A DNA stretch of 64,000 nucleotides from Octopus vulgaris. Its lineage: Eukaryota. How positions within the stretch are numbered: the stretch's first letter is position 1; every line of letters begins with the position of its first letter. Position numbers and translations under genes: made by a program. The stretch lies in NCBI GenBank assembly GCA_951406725.2, contig OX597819.1, positions 2,542,001-2,606,000 of the forward strand, read 5' to 3'. The notes beneath the pieces are model-generated. The model was not told where the DNA came from. It worked only from the letters and a program-made list of their open reading frames with translations, and did no database searches. Shown here one piece after another: positions 39,495-53,800 of this stretch.

Positions 39495-41235
39495 AGTTCC
39501 CAAAGGGTCTATCACAAAATTCTGAAACTGAACGCTATACCAGTCTCCGAAGTGGATACCACAATAGTGCCAAAATTACTCCCGTCTCGAATTAGCACCA
39601 GATATTGTAACAGCTTAGGAGTCAAATATTTACAACTCTTCCATATCTTCAAACTTACGCTTTGGATGTGGATATCTTCAAAAAATATAAAAACATCTTT
39701 TTAGTTGAGATCCCAGAAGAACGTACGGCAAGAAACACATGAAACTTCTTAATTTTTCAAAAAACAACCTCTGAGAGTGGTTGCTATGTCTCAGCATTTA
39801 GTTCCTTGTTTCTTCATTTTCTGTAGATTTTTTTCATATTCAGTTTGAATGTATGTTTTTGTATCGTTTTCGTATCGGGTTTTTTACTTTCTCTTAACGA
39901 TAACTAATTCTATATATCTTTACAAGGATTAACTTGGCAAAGAACAGTTTTTAGTTGCTGTTTTGCTATGAAGGATATCCTATTTCTGTTTTTTAATAAC
40001 TTGCTTTCCATACGGCTCGTATTGCTCTGTTTCCGTGTGCATAGCTGTTTTATGTCTGTAATTTCACTTCTTCATGTATTGTTGTATTTATTGGTCTTGT
40101 AGTACCTATCACTATTGGGATTGTTTATAGAGTCGATTCGCATATTCGATACAATTCGATTTCTAAGCTCCCACTACCTAGGTCTTTATAATGCAGCCAA
40201 ATTTCTTTTTATCAGATACAAATCCTTATATTTAACTTATAAGTACTAACATGTTTTCTTGGATCGCTTTATCATTCTCAACTAAGCCTTGTGGATGTAG
40301 TTGCAGTAATCCTCACTGTACCAGTTCTCTATGCTTCATCACCTTCACCATCATCTTCAGCGTTGACAGTTACTGCTAAAGAATATTTGAGGCTAAAAAG
40401 TTAAATGAAAACTTAATCGTCAAAAAATATATATTATGAAATACCACACTGGTCTTCAAACTAAAAAAAAAGGAAATTGTTTGAGAGGTTGGATCTGTTG
40501 TGAGGTTTGTCCACTAATGCGATGCAGTTTCTTTCTCAAACTTCTACAGCTACAATAACAACATCAGTTAATGTGGCTGTTAACAGTTTAAAACACAATC
40601 ACTTAAACTCATTTTTTATTCCTCTTTTGTCTCTCAACCCCATTATTTCTCGATCTCATATTCTTTGCTTTGCAATTCACACAATCCTTCTGCATCCCTC
40701 TGCAATTCCCACTCAATCTATTTTTCTCTTGAACTACAAATATACTGCTTTACAAACTAAACATTATCCCGGCCACGTAACAAAATATTTTTTTTAAAAA
40801 AAGGACATGATTGGCAAGCCATTAATCTAACCGAGTCGGTATCAAATCTCCTTCAGCGGAAGCTTCTTTAAATTGCATTACATTTAAGGGGGTTAAGACA
40901 GATTTTATAAGATAACTGATTCTTGTAAGATATCGATTAGTTATTCAATACCTTCTTGACATTTAACGGTAACATTCAGATTCTAAAGCTGAAATTATCT
41001 CCAAAGACTGCAAGCTTAACTCCATATACTAAGGAGTCTGTTCACTTAAACACATTACGAATGATCAGCATACGCTGTAACTGGAATGATAAACGTTTAA
41101 TTAAGAAATTCTAATATTATCAAAGCAAAAAACAAAATCTCCATTAACGTGGTTGAAAATATTTAGATAAATAATTTTGGTAATTTATTTAATCTTATAA
41201 ATTATACATATATCTTTCATCTTTTATCTTTCATC

Positions 41236-41285
41236 TTTTACTTGTTTCAGTCGTTAGACTGCGACCTTGCTGGGGTACCGTCTTG

Positions 41286-41382
<97 letters not shown>

Positions 41383-42160
41383 TAGATAGATAATTCAAAT
41401 AAACGAATAAAATTAACGGAAAACAAGAGGACGTGCACAAGGAATTATTAGCTTGACACTCAGGGAAAAGAGAGTTTGACGTTTTGAGCATAGCTCTCTG
41501 TCGGAAAGAAGCAAGGTAGAAGTCCAAAGAAGGTAAATAAATCACCAGCAGTACATGTGTAGTTACATCGCTGTATATATATATATATACAACGGGCTTC
41601 TTTCAGTTTCCCTCTACCTAATCCACTCACAAAGCTTTGATCAGCCTGAAGCTGATAGAAGACACTTGTCCAAGGTACCCCGCAGCGGAACTGAACCCAG
41701 AACCATGTGGTTGGGAAGCAAGCTTCTTACCACACAGGCACGCCTTATACTGTTCATATAATCCTTTTCTTGTTTCAGTCATTAGACTGCAGCCATGCTG
41801 AGGAATCGCCTTGTAGGGTTTAGTCGAAGCCTGGTAATTATTTAATTGATCTCTTTTGCCAAACCACTGGTTACAGGGACGTAAACAAACCAGCATCGGC
41901 TGCCATGCTGTGGTGGGGACAAACACAAGCACACATATACACATGTGTGTGTGTAGGTGTGTGTGTGTGTGTGTAGGTGCCAGTGTGTGTACATATATAT
42001 TTATAAATAGCAGGCTTATTGCAGTTTCCGGCTACCAAATCCACTCAAAAAGGTCTGTATGAGGCTATAGTAGAAAACACTTGCTCAACGTGCCACGTAG
42101 TCAAACAAAACCCAGAACGGTGGGGTTGGGGTGTAAACTCCTTATTACACAGCCACGACT
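41236..42160 (-). mobile_element. Two tandem SINE family C copies, the first interrupted by (GATA)n and other repeat sequence
   Basis: Tails cttgtttcagtc at about 41240 and 41769; heads end near 41745 and 42158. (GATA)n at about 41288-41380. Confidence 0.75.
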
Positions 42161-42497
42161 ACACATATTTATATAATTTTGATAAAGCATATTTGATAAA
42201 TTATAATTTAATTAAATTATATTGGAATTATATATAATTGCAATATAAGACACACGGTCGTAAGGTAATACAAAAGTCTAACACATACCCGGCTTTTGAT
42301 GAACATTAAAGGTATTTCGTAAAGTACAAACTCAAAACAAAACTGTCATAAACTGGTTGTAAATATCAGAAATATACAGTTTTGGTGATTTTAATTCCAA
42401 TTAATTTGTGACAAACACTGAGCTGCAAAAACATAGAACTTTCATTAATGAAGCAAAAAAAAAATGTGAAGTTGTTAAAAATAGAAAATGATCTTAC

Positions 42498-43058
42498 TTT
42501 AGCTGGTATAGAAGAATTGGGATATTCCATTATTCTCCAAATTTTTGGTTTCCAGTTTTGCCAAAATGTTCTTTCACTGACATCATCACTAATACCAAAT
42601 ATATTTGGTACTTCGTCTTCATGGATATCTTCATCTCCGTTATCCAATTCAGTGACAGTCTGCTGGGCTTCTCGGTGTGCACGGTAATTTGACCAACAAC
42701 AAGGTTCTATTTGTTTTTCGTCAAGACCCCAAAAGTTTAATTCATTTTCAAAAAGTGGACCACATACATCTGTAGGAACATGAAGAAATCCCGTTCTGTA
42801 ATAGTTCAGAATCATAGAGAATACTCCGGGATGACGATCAAAGAAAAATTCGTCTGTTACAGGATCGTAATCAGGGTTACTAGCGGTTGTCTCAGTTAGC
42901 CAAGACAATCGAGTATCAGGAATATTTTTTAACGTCGATTTGTAAGTTTCATAACGAATACCACTGACATTTATTATTATCCGGTTGTCAAATCGTCTTG
43001 ATGGCATCATAGAAACTTTTGGTATTAGCGACGTGCACAAAGTACGTTCTTTCTCCAT
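42498..43058 (-). CDS. Shaw: Shaw/Kv3-type voltage-gated K+ channel, coding exon 1 (N-terminus and T1/BTB tetramerisation domain)
   Basis: Translation contains [35 protein letters not shown], the Zn-site pattern [11 protein letters not shown]...EPCCW and WKPKIW...PNSSIPAK, typical of Kv3/Shaw. ATG context is ACAATGG. Donor AAA|GTAAGA at 42498/42497, phase 0 (187 codons). Confidence 0.95.
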
Positions 43059-44287
43059 TGTATCTTTAAAATGCTTTCAACGCCAGAACCATTAATAAAT
43101 ATCAATTTCTACGGAGAATTAGCAAAAGCACTTCACGGAGCAAAACAATGATAGAACAGGTTCCAAAATTCTTCAGAAAATTTTTATGCTTGAGGTAGAA
43201 AAATGTTTACATTTTAAATGAAATTCACTTGAAAATATTCAGCTTCCTACTTTCTCTGGAAACAAGCGTAATTCCACACTCGAAATGTTCCACTACTTCT
43301 ATTTGATTCATTCCATCTTAGTAATTGAAACTCGTAATACATTTCGTCAATTCATACCAAGTCAGCATAATACTATCGCTTTTCTCATTACGTATTAGGT
43401 TTGTACACAATCCAATATTTTAAAATAGGGTACAGGGCTTCAATTTTTTTAAGATTTACTTCGCAAATTTGCATACTCAAAACAAAATAATGCGCAGGAC
43501 AGATCGCTTGTTATACAAAATTATATCCTATTATGATACAGAAATCGTCTTTCAGCTTTCACTTTCGGTTTTCATTTTCAGTTCCGCATTCGATGTTTTG
43601 ATGTTTGCTTTAGATTCAAAACTCGGGTATTTGCTTGAATTCAAAGTACATTCACGGTTCATGAATATTACCCGAGAGATTCAAGATATTTTCAGAAAAA
43701 CACATATTCCTGCCCATCTTTTTTATTAAAATATATAGATATCGAAAATAGGGACTTCTTTCATTATATGTTTAGGTGTGTATGAGTATATTTGTGTGTG
43801 CTTGTGTGTGTGTGTGTGCGTGTGTGTGTATGTGTGTGTATGTGTGTGTATAAGTCTCTGTGTGCGTATATATGTTCACATAATGCTCTTTCCAGCTTGC
43901 TATTACTTGTGCAGCCTTTCAGCGATTTATTTTAAGTGTCACTCCGTGATGTCACTCAGAAGAAGAACCTATTAACGTTATCAGTGTGCTTTATTAAGTG
44001 AGAAAAGGACACTATTGAGATTGCTACAGGTGAATGCAACAGAATAAACATGTAAACACTCAGCTACATTAATGAAATTTGCTGTGCAGCCTAAAACAAT
44101 CTATATTAAAATCACAGATGAAAACAGAAAACAAATATCTAATGAAGAACTTGTAATACCGGTTAGTTTCTATTTGTACATGTGTGCCTGTCTTCCTTTC
44201 TTTAAACATATCCTGATTTATCTGTAGCTCTATATATCAATTTCTCAATCTCTGTATTTTTCTCACTATATGCTTGTATGCATTCTT

Positions 44288-44289
<2 letters not shown>

Positions 44290-44329
<40 letters not shown>

Positions 44330-44347
44330 TCATATATATATATACAT

Positions 44348-44396
<49 letters not shown>

Positions 44397-44490
44397 CTCA
44401 TATACATATATACATATATGAGCATATATGCATGTATTCATAAACATATATATGTGTGTGTGTATACATAAATACAAATACACTACACAC

Positions 44491-44550
<60 letters not shown>
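44290..44550. repeat. Compound AT/CA microsatellite
   Basis: Directly visible. Confidence 0.95.
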
Positions 44551-45819
44551 AAATTTCTTTCAGACATGTATTGGACATGAAATACGACTATATTCCTGTA
44601 TTTCGGCTTTATCTTTTCTCTCCTGATGTTTCCATGTCTTCATAATAGTTTCTTGTAGTTTATTTGAAGCGGTAATGTTACTGCAAATACATCCTCAACG
44701 CTTTTAGAGTCTCGTAGCCTCGTTTTGAATAAGTAATGTCATCGTGTGTTGCTGCCTTTTTACGAATGTGAATGGTGTCGGCACTTCTACCGAAAGTTTA
44801 ATTCTCGGTCGTTAGATTTACGCATTATAAGTAAGCTTCTTTTTTTGTTTCTAAAATCTATTCATATGCGTGATGGTTGTATTGTGTTATGAGTATTGCC
44901 TCTATAATAAATAAAGAAGGAACAACACACACCATCTCCTCACTCAGAAGATATAATAATGAAGGTCTAGAAATGTCAACGAGGGATTTGGGAGCCGTAC
45001 AGCTACAGAGAAACGGCGAGGAACTCTTGCGGGAATATGCAAAAAAAGATACAAGAACTCTATGTTCAATAATGTCACCTGGCAGCATACTGTATCCTTA
45101 AGCAAGGCGCTTTAATTCAAGCTGTTCTAGTCTACTCAATTGAAATGAGTTCCTGCAGTAATATAATTAACATTACGATAGACTAGCGTCGCATCCAGAG
45201 GAGTCTTGTACACTCACTGACTTATGCGTCTCGGAACTATAACCTGTTTAAATTGACAACTGTGAATCACGCCTTCTTTCCCCTCCACTTCTCACGTCTG
45301 CTTAGCTGCTTCCTACTCTTCAGCATGCTGACAATACGCGAACGTGTTACCATCCTGTTGTTACCCTCCCTTCACCATCCACAAATCTCCCAAAAATATT
45401 CTCACAAACCACCATTTTCTGTACGTCGCATCTAGCTTTAGGTTTTTCCTGTCGATTTCTCAACTTCGTCACAGTTATATTTTTTTCCTTCGTGGATTTT
45501 ACCAGTTTCTTTATAATTCTCTGGACACTTTACTAAACTTTATGGACCACCATTACATACACAACACCACCTTATGCCCATATTCTTATACTTGACCTGG
45601 CCTCTGCAGCAAAAGCTCATCATAGTTTGCTTGTGTTACCCTTACTACATGCGATTGTTGGTGATTAACGGGACCGGCTCTAGAAAGCAATACTTTGTTG
45701 CATACATTGAATTTAAATTCTAGAGTGAATTCTGAAATATTTCTGTTTTCTCCCTTTCGCCATGATCTCTTGAACCCTGCATGTAAATACGTTTTGCCAC
45801 AAACTCCTCGCAAACTTCT

Positions 45820-46095
45820 TTAATCATACGAAGCCAGCCTGTTCTGCTCTTTGCAAAGGATTCTAATTTCTAATATAAAATCCAGGATATTAAAACTATT
45901 CTTAACCACATCTTCGAATCGCTTCTTTGGTTTATGATTTGGCCTCTTTTTATTGGAAAGCCGTCCATAAAGCGATCTCTTGGGTAATCTGGTATCGTCT
46001 ATCCTGACACAACCAGTCCAATGCATTTCATTGTTAGTAATCATCTCAATACTTTCACAGCCGGCTCTCCTCAGTACATCGCTATCTGGTTTCAA
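45820..46095 (-). mobile_element. RTE-clade LINE fragment
   Basis: MHWTGCVRIDDTRLPKRSLYGRLS..KRPNHKPKKRFED. Confidence 0.7.
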
Positions 46096-46435
46096 AAAAG
46101 TTCACTACAGTTGAATGCGATTCATACATGCAGCTAAGGATAACTTGAAGATTCTGAAGACATCAGAAATTGGAATCCTTAGTAAAGAACATAACAGGCT
46201 GCCGTTGTATAATTAAAGTTAGATGCGGGGAGTTTGAAGCAAATATTGAACATGTAGAGCTCAAATGACCCTTGCGAAAGGAAGACAACAGAGAAATTCC
46301 AGAAGATTTCAATCTAGAATTAAGATTCAATGTGAAGCCTTTCAGGCCATTTTGTGTGCCACCTGAAGCTTGTCCTCCACCTCAGATACACACAACAATA
46401 CAGTTAGTATGCATGATCTGTATGCAATATAGTTA

Positions 46436-46634
46436 TTTCTTTACTACCCACAAGGGGCTAAACACAGAGGGACAAATAAGGACAGATAGACGAATTAAGT
46501 TGATTATATCGACCCCCGAAAGGATGAAAGGCAAAGTCGACCCCGACGGAATTTGAACTCAGAACGTAGCGGCAGACGAAATACCGCTGATCATTTCGCC
46601 CGATGTGCTAACGCTTTTGCCAGCTTGCCGCCTT
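46436..46634 (-). mobile_element. SINE family A copy with 20-bp target-site duplication
   Basis: Reverse complement of the 16685 element, with an internal deletion. atctgtatgcaatatagtta at 46416-46435 and 46635-46654. Confidence 0.9.
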
Positions 46635-48499
46635 ATCTGTATGCAATATAGTTACAAGTTGAAAACCCGATTCTCCGTTGCTTTTTCTTTAGATTTCCAA
46701 ATGTTAAAGTATCATTTTGAATTCTCTGAGTGATTTCTGTATCAAGTGATCAGTATTTACCGATAATACTTTCAAGATATGGAAACCTATCGAACTGTAT
46801 ACCGTCAACTGTTATATTTGAATCGACATGAGACTAACCTGGAAGAGGAGTAAATATTACTCTGGCTTTTGTGAGGCTAATGGTAACCCATACATACGTA
46901 CTTACGTATCGGTCTATTAGTTTCAGTCATTCAACTAAGGCCATGCTGGGGCACTGTCTTCGAAAGTATTATATCAAGTTAGTCTGGTATTAATTTTAGT
47001 AATTCTGTCAAATTACAAAGTTTGCCTCATTATTGAATTACAACTCTTTAGACTAGTAAGTACCACACTACATTTACACTGATTTGCAATCCGAGATTAT
47101 TGTAAATGCCATGAGCGCAGTGTGCCGAAATGATGATGAGTTTTGCAATTGTTCTATCATCTCCCTACCTGCTCATTGTAATAAATGTAAGATGTGGCTG
47201 ATTATTTCCTTTGTATTCTTAATGTAGTTCTCTACGCAGCTGACAAGTTTCCATGGGCCTATACAGTTGTTTTTATCTATTCTGTTTCAAACAAAAGGGT
47301 GGAACGAACACGAAGCCATCACCGAACAGTGATGTGAAACACGGGGCTTCATGATTACGAAACAAATTACTAGCTATTCCGTCTTGCCTGTTGCAATCAA
47401 ATAGTTTGGGGTTCGTTTCTTGTTGCTGTAGCCTGCATAGCGTGAAACATTCCATGGTTTTATTGTCTCAGCCATAGCTGTAAGATAATTAGATTTGCCG
47501 TTAATTTATAAATTATACATATTTATAGGGTTCATAGATCGAACGGGGGTAGAACACTTGAAAGGGGCTATTATCACTTGTTGAATAGGTTACTGAGCAA
47601 GTGATAAGTGGCTGACAAATTATATATGAAACAAGTGATATTTATGTTGAGCTGAAAAGCACTTATAGTTGTTAATTTGATAGAGATAATGGTAGCCATT
47701 CTGTAACACAGGAGTTGAACCGCTTCAGGGATCTTGTTCCCCTTTTTCTGTCTCAGATGCGTATTTATAATGTGCAATACCATTACATTAAAATCTTAGT
47801 CCGTAATTACAACCAAAAGTTATAAAAGTTAATCATCATCATACAAGTCGAAAAACATACTTCGATTAACAGTATCGTAACTGCACAAACTTATTGATCC
47901 AGCAGGACCAATCAGACGAACCTCCACCTCGTGTTGGTACACTGTGGGGCTGGTTTAATTAACATATAGCTTTAAAAGAAATTTAATACCTTTGGATCCG
48001 TAAAAATTCATTCGCCGAGCTGCTCACGGGCGTTTAGTGGCAATCGTTAAGGTAATCCTGTTCGAAAAGCATATTTAAACATTAGGTGGCATCTTTGTCG
48101 TTTAGTGTCACAAAGCGAATTCGATGGAAATGTTCCAACACCTATGTGTTTTTGAAACGTTGTCCCTTACTTAGAAATTTGAAATGAGATGAGATATATA
48201 AAGGTTGGAGACGGGTGGGAAAATAAGTGACCCGTGTGTGCATAGGTGTAGATAGAATACGAATAGCTAGCTCTGAGGAGCAGAAGTCGTTATATTTGTA
48301 TAAAAGGCTGACTGCAGGGCTAGCATGTTTGTGGTAAGCGGTTGAAGTATGTTAAATTACTTTTATTCAATAAGCGTAATGGTTTTGTTTTCGATGAGGC
48401 CTTGAATTTTTCTGTGAGCAGCAGCACCCCCATCTCAGATGCTTGGGCAGTACTCCAACGTGCAACTTCAACTATGAAGAAAGTTGGCAACAGTTCTGA

Positions 48500-49620
48500 G
48501 CACAAATACTTACTAAATTTGTATTTAGGGTGCAGATTTGATTGTTCCTACTTGGAAATATTTCGTCTAGGCAGAGAAATACCTCGAGTAAAATACCTCT
48601 TTACAAAAGTGTTAAGAAAACAAGAAAGGAAACATCCGTTTGCGTGGCATCTGTTTCTGAACATTCCAGGCGAACGGACGTATTTCTCTCTTTTTCTTAA
48701 CATTTTTCAAAACGTCTATTATACCGGAAATATCAGGATGAATTAAATATTGTGCTGAGTAAAAAGTTTTGCAATATTCTAGTAACTTATTTACTTTATT
48801 CAGGTTACAACAGAAGCAACCTAGCATTTAATGAAGAGGTCATCGTGTTGCACCGTCTGAAGCTACCTTTCTGCCAGTTCTTTGATCCCACACTGACACC
48901 AGTTCTTGTCCTTCGACGCGAAGAACTCCTTCACTGAAGCTTCCACGTCTTCTTGGTTGATGAAGCGTCGCGATCGGAGGAAGTGAGACATGGATTGGAA
49001 CAAGTAATATAATACAAGGAAAATATTTTTCCGTTTTCATTTCTGACCGGGTATTTGGACAATGTACATAAGGTGTTACTTTGTCTCGGTCCGTTTTCAA
49101 TAAGGAACCTCAGGTTGTATATTCAATTACTCCTTACAGGTCGCAAAGCGGATTGCAACAGTTATTTGTTCGTTAAAATGTGGCAAGTTCAAAAAACACG
49201 TTATCCTTGAATATGTGGATTTTGTTAAGTGATCTAGCGATGCCCTAGTATTTAATGAAAGAGTATGAATAGTCATCAGAATTTTCCAAAATCGTATGGA
49301 GTTGGTGCGTTTGCTTCCTGCATCGCTGCATCTACAAAGCATCCTGTGGATTTCATTCCTAATGTAGGCTATCGCTGCTCTGATGAGCAAGGGTGAATTA
49401 TAATGTAAAAATAGGCCCCTGCATGCCGCTTTTCTGTAATGTTTGTGGAAATCGATACGTTCTCTGTGGTTTGTAGTTCAAAATCAAGCAGAGATAAGGA
49501 ATCGGTGTTATTAGGGTGTTCCACTTCAAATTTTATATGTTCATTGATATTGTATACTCCGAACCTTTCCTGAGGATCCTTACTAAAAACAGACTGCGAC
49601 AAAGAAACACCTTATGGACA
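48500..49620 (-). mobile_element. Decayed Penelope-like element
   Basis: NEHIKFEVEHPNNTDSLSLLDF (Penelope RT IKFTxE...FLD motif), then IRNEIHRMLCRCS; downstream Cys-rich remnants are compatible with GIY-YIG. Confidence 0.6.
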
Positions 49621-50149
49621 TTGTCCAACTTCAGGATCAGAGATGAATATATATTCTGAGTGGTGTATATGAATATATATTCTGAGTGGTGTATATAATC
49701 AGGTGTAGCAAATGTATTGAATTTTACACTAGAAAGTATCATCAGACAAGTTCACATACGGGCTAAAGAACATTCCCATGCAAATGCTCCTTCCGTCATA
49801 AAACACCTACAGAAATATCACTCCTAAGACATCCAAGTTTCCATTAAAACTACTGGAATAGACACTGGAAGCTTGAGAATAAATTAAGTTATTTTAATTA
49901 ACAAGTATAGCCCGCGAATTAATGAGGGGTCTGAACAGCACGCAGCTGATTGCATATTATAGCAACGCAAAACAACACTTCCTACACACACACTAGAGAG
50001 GAGAGAAGTCAGCTATCAACACCTTTTCCTTCCTAAATTTCTCGAAGAAGGGGTCCTAATCTTGAAATATTGAAATACCAGGTAACAGTAGTAACCACAT
50101 ACGTGCATTATTACAGTTTTCGTTTTAAAAAAAGTTTAAAGCATTTGCA

Positions 50150-50437
50150 TAGGCGCTGGCGTGGCTGTGTGGTAAGCAGCTTGCTTTCCAACCACATGGT
50201 TCTGGGTTCATATATTATGTGTGTGTGTGTGTGTGTGTGTGTTTTCCCCCCACCATCGCTTGACAACCGATGTTGATGTGTTTACGTCTCTGTAACTTAG
50301 CAGTTCGGTGAAAATTACCGATAGAATAAGTACTAGGCTTAAAAGAATAAGTCCTGGGGTCGATTTCTTCGACTAAAAACCCTTTAAGACGGTGCTCCAG
50401 CATGGTCACAGTCAAATGACTGAAACAAGTGAAAGAA
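50150..50437 (+). mobile_element. SINE family C copy lacking the central segment
   Basis: Head aggcgctggcgtggctgtgtggtaagc and tail atgactgaaacaagt. Confidence 0.8.
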
Positions 50438-50461
50438 TAGAAGAAGAATATATGAACCAAT

Positions 50462-50619
50462 GTGAAGTATATTTGCCACCAAAACGTGGCAGACCCATAT
50501 GGGACGATGCTACTATAGTTTATAGCCCCAGGAAGACATTTCCTCCAGATGGCTAACGACACACTGTCTATCCCCGATCAGTATTTGCGGAGGGAAATCA
50601 TCGTTCCCATCTCTAGCCT
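50462..50619. repeat. ~155-bp direct repeat, copy 1
   Basis: gtgaagtatatttgcc...tctctagcct matches 55669-55823. Confidence 0.9.
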
Positions 50620-50879
50620 GACGTGATACACATGGACCCAGGTTTCTGAGTAGTAACCCGTTATCAGCGTGTGACAATCACAGGCTAGGGATAAATTATT
50701 TATTATGATCAAATGATCTAACATAGAGGGATCAGCACAGGACGTTAGAAACATGTAAAGTTCATGAGTTCGTTTAATTTATGCAGTTAAAAATATAAAA
50801 TGATTTATATATCTATGATGAGCTTTAATAACAATTAATTAATTCACATTTTGGCCGGGAAGTGCACCGGCTACACCGT

Positions 50880-53800
50880 ACGAACTTATGGATTTAAACA
50901 GGGTTATTCATACCCAACTTCCTCGCCACATCCTTCCATCTTTTCCCGTATACTCTTTTCCTTTCCCCAGCCCTATCTTGCTCAGCAGATGATATCTGAA
51001 GTAGTACAGCAAACCAGGGCTGGAGATGAAGCTTCCCGTCCCAACTCCTTTCATCCTCGTTTTTTCCTTATGCACTCTTTCAAAATCGCAACTGTGCATA
51101 ATAAACATACCGCACCTTCTTTTGACAGTCCAGGTGGCGGTACAATCTTATTCATACACTCAGCTTATAGGTGTACTCTTCCTAAATGTGACAGCACGTG
51201 TTGCGCGTAAACTATCAAGCCCGAAATCTCCGGAAACTGAACAAGGGCACGCAGTACAGAAGGGTTTCATCATCCTACCCGCACCTTGGGCATGCCGGTT
51301 GCACAGACATCCCATGTCTAGACAGTTTATCAGGAACAGGTAAAGCGCTCCTATAGGACTATTAGATTAGGGATTTCTGGTAGTTATCCCTAACCCGACC
51401 CGAAAGTTCTTTTAAACAGGTTGGCTAGCTGATCCTCATCGAGCCCCAGGGCTTCTCTCTGACCCACTCTTTAGCGGGTTTTGGCAGCAGACACAGCGCC
51501 TCACAAACGGTTTTCCTCCCTTCCACAAAAGCGAAAGAGGAGGCGTTCCAGCCTTTTTAGCCACGAATCAGGGCAAGGGACAACGGTCAGATGGTAGGTG
51601 ATAACAGATGCAATATACACCAGCACCATCTCCGCCCTTCCTTTCAGGGATAGCTCCTTTCCAGACCAGGTCCGGATTAGGGCCGCCACACTGTCACCTC
51701 ACTCCAGTTCTTCTCTGTCTGGGAATCCGGTCCAAACCAGACTCTAAGCAACTTAAAAGGACCTTCCGTCCAATGCCCTACGGCATTGGACGGTATCGTC
51801 TTGCTACTCCGGGTACCGAGCCGCAAGCCGATGGACTTGTCCTTGTTAATTTTTGCTCCTGCCACCGCCTCATAACCTTTGATTGTCTCCTCTACATAAG
51901 AGAGCTGAGCTTCATCAGTTACGGTGATGGTGACGTCATCCGCGTAAGCAGAAACAGACTTACCACATCCCAGTTCATTGGAGATGCCTCCCAAATTCTC
52001 CAACCTCTGCAGCAATGGCTCCAGAGCCAGTACATACAGAAGCGGAGACAGGAGGCACCCCTGACAAACGGAGCGCTCGATCTTAAATGGCACCGACAGG
52101 TAACCGTTTATCTGAACTGTAGATTCGATACCACCATAAATGGCAGTGATCCAGCCAAGGAAGTCTGGGCCCAGCCCAGCTGCCTCGAGGACTGCTGTCA
52201 GGATCTGGTGGTCTACCCTATCAAAAGCTTTACTTTGGTCTAAATGAACCAGTGCTCCACCTTTACCGGATAACTAACCCACCCTGTCTAAGGTGTAGCG
52301 CAGGAGATGGAGATTTCCTGGATCGACCTGCCTGGGATGGCACATGTCTGCGCCCTCCCAATAAGTTTCTCCGCGACACGCACCAACCTCTTAGCTAGCA
52401 CCTTGGCCAAAATCTTTAACTCTACATTAAGTAGAGTTACGGACCTAAAATTACTGATATGATCCCCCTTGTTCGGGTCTTTTCTGATCAGCGTCACCAT
52501 TCCCCGACTCACAGAACTGGGAATCCTCCCATTCTGTTGCCAGTTTATGTAGACGCAAGCCAGCAAGTGCCCAAACAAGTCCGGCATACAACAAAAAAAT
52601 CATAGGGCAGACCATCCAGTCCTGGCGATTTGTCCCTGGCACACTCAGCCAGTACCCCTTCAACCTCCGTAGCCGTAATCGACCCTTCACAGCATTCCGC
52701 CTCTCGTACCGAGAGTCGCGGCCCACCGGCGAGGAAGCCCCTTAGGGGCTCCCCACGGTCCAGTTCGCCGCTCCTCCTGAACAACCGAGCGAAATGATGT
52801 TGAAAATTCCTTCGCATCTCCTCATGTCCTTACATCGAATCTGTTAATAGAAGCTTCTCTTCCTCCCCGACTTTCCACACGATGTGCCCATAAGGCAACG
52901 TTAATACTTTCTCTTCCCACCGCACGAAGTTTAGTTCTGACCCTACATCCTTCGTATTTGGTCGCCAACACTCTAGACGCAGAGCCAGTCTCCATGGCCT
53001 CATCTAATTCCTTAATTAACGTCCCTTCTATTCTAGTCTTATCTAGACTTAACTGCTTGCTAAATCTAATAGACTCAGAACGAATGGCTCGTTTGAGGGC
53101 GCACCACCACCTATTTTTGATAATGGTACTTGTTAATGCCCTCTGCACCAACTCCTTGACCCGAACACGGAAGGTTTTACAAATCAAAATAGAGTTGTTC
53201 ATCTTCCAGTACCCAGGTCCCTGTCTATGACACTTAACTAGGTAAACCTTACACGTCACAAACTTGTGATCTGTGTAGGGGGCACAACAAAAGCGTGGGC
53301 AACTAACAGTATCCTTATCTGTATCTCTAACAACAATCCTATCTAAATAAGATATGTATGAACCGTTGTTATTAGACCACGTCCACTGTGGAACGAATAG
53401 CTCATCCAGTATGTACCAGTCTACTAGATTATAGCTCTCTAGTAGCCTTTTGAGGTCAGGATTTCCCCTTCTATCAGCCGAGCCAACACTATCCACCCGT
53501 GCGTCGAGAATAGTGTTAATGTCTCCTAGCACAACTAGAGTTTTTGACGTCACAAAGGAACTCACCAGGTCCCGGTAAAAACCAGCTTGCCTTCACTTAT
53601 TTGGAGCATAGAAAGGTACCAATCTGAAGGACTGTTTGCTCGCGTGTGTCACATCTAGAACGACCAACCTACCTTCTGGGTCTAGAAAAACTGCACTTAC
53701 CTGCACGTCTAAGTTTTTCCTGAATATGACCACCACGCCACCGCCCCGCCGACTAGGAGAAATAAATTTCTCGTAGCCATTTAGAAGGGGTGTGAACGCC

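Larger units (their letters stand above)
5836..42497 (-). other. 36.7-kb first intron of the Shaw/Kv3 gene
   Basis: Bounded by the GT donor (42497) and AG acceptor (5836). The flanking exons join seamlessly as ...SSIPAK|IMEGISVFF..., leaving no room for a missing exon. Confidence 0.9.

Noticed and set aside
50620-50890. snRNA or tRNA target sequence at the Tx1-like LINE end
   Set aside because: No recognisable U2, 5S or tRNA sequence at either flank.
51608-52243. 211-aa plus-strand ORF (also 54660-55205)
   Set aside because: Antisense shadow of the Tx1-like LINE coding regions; no recognisable motif.
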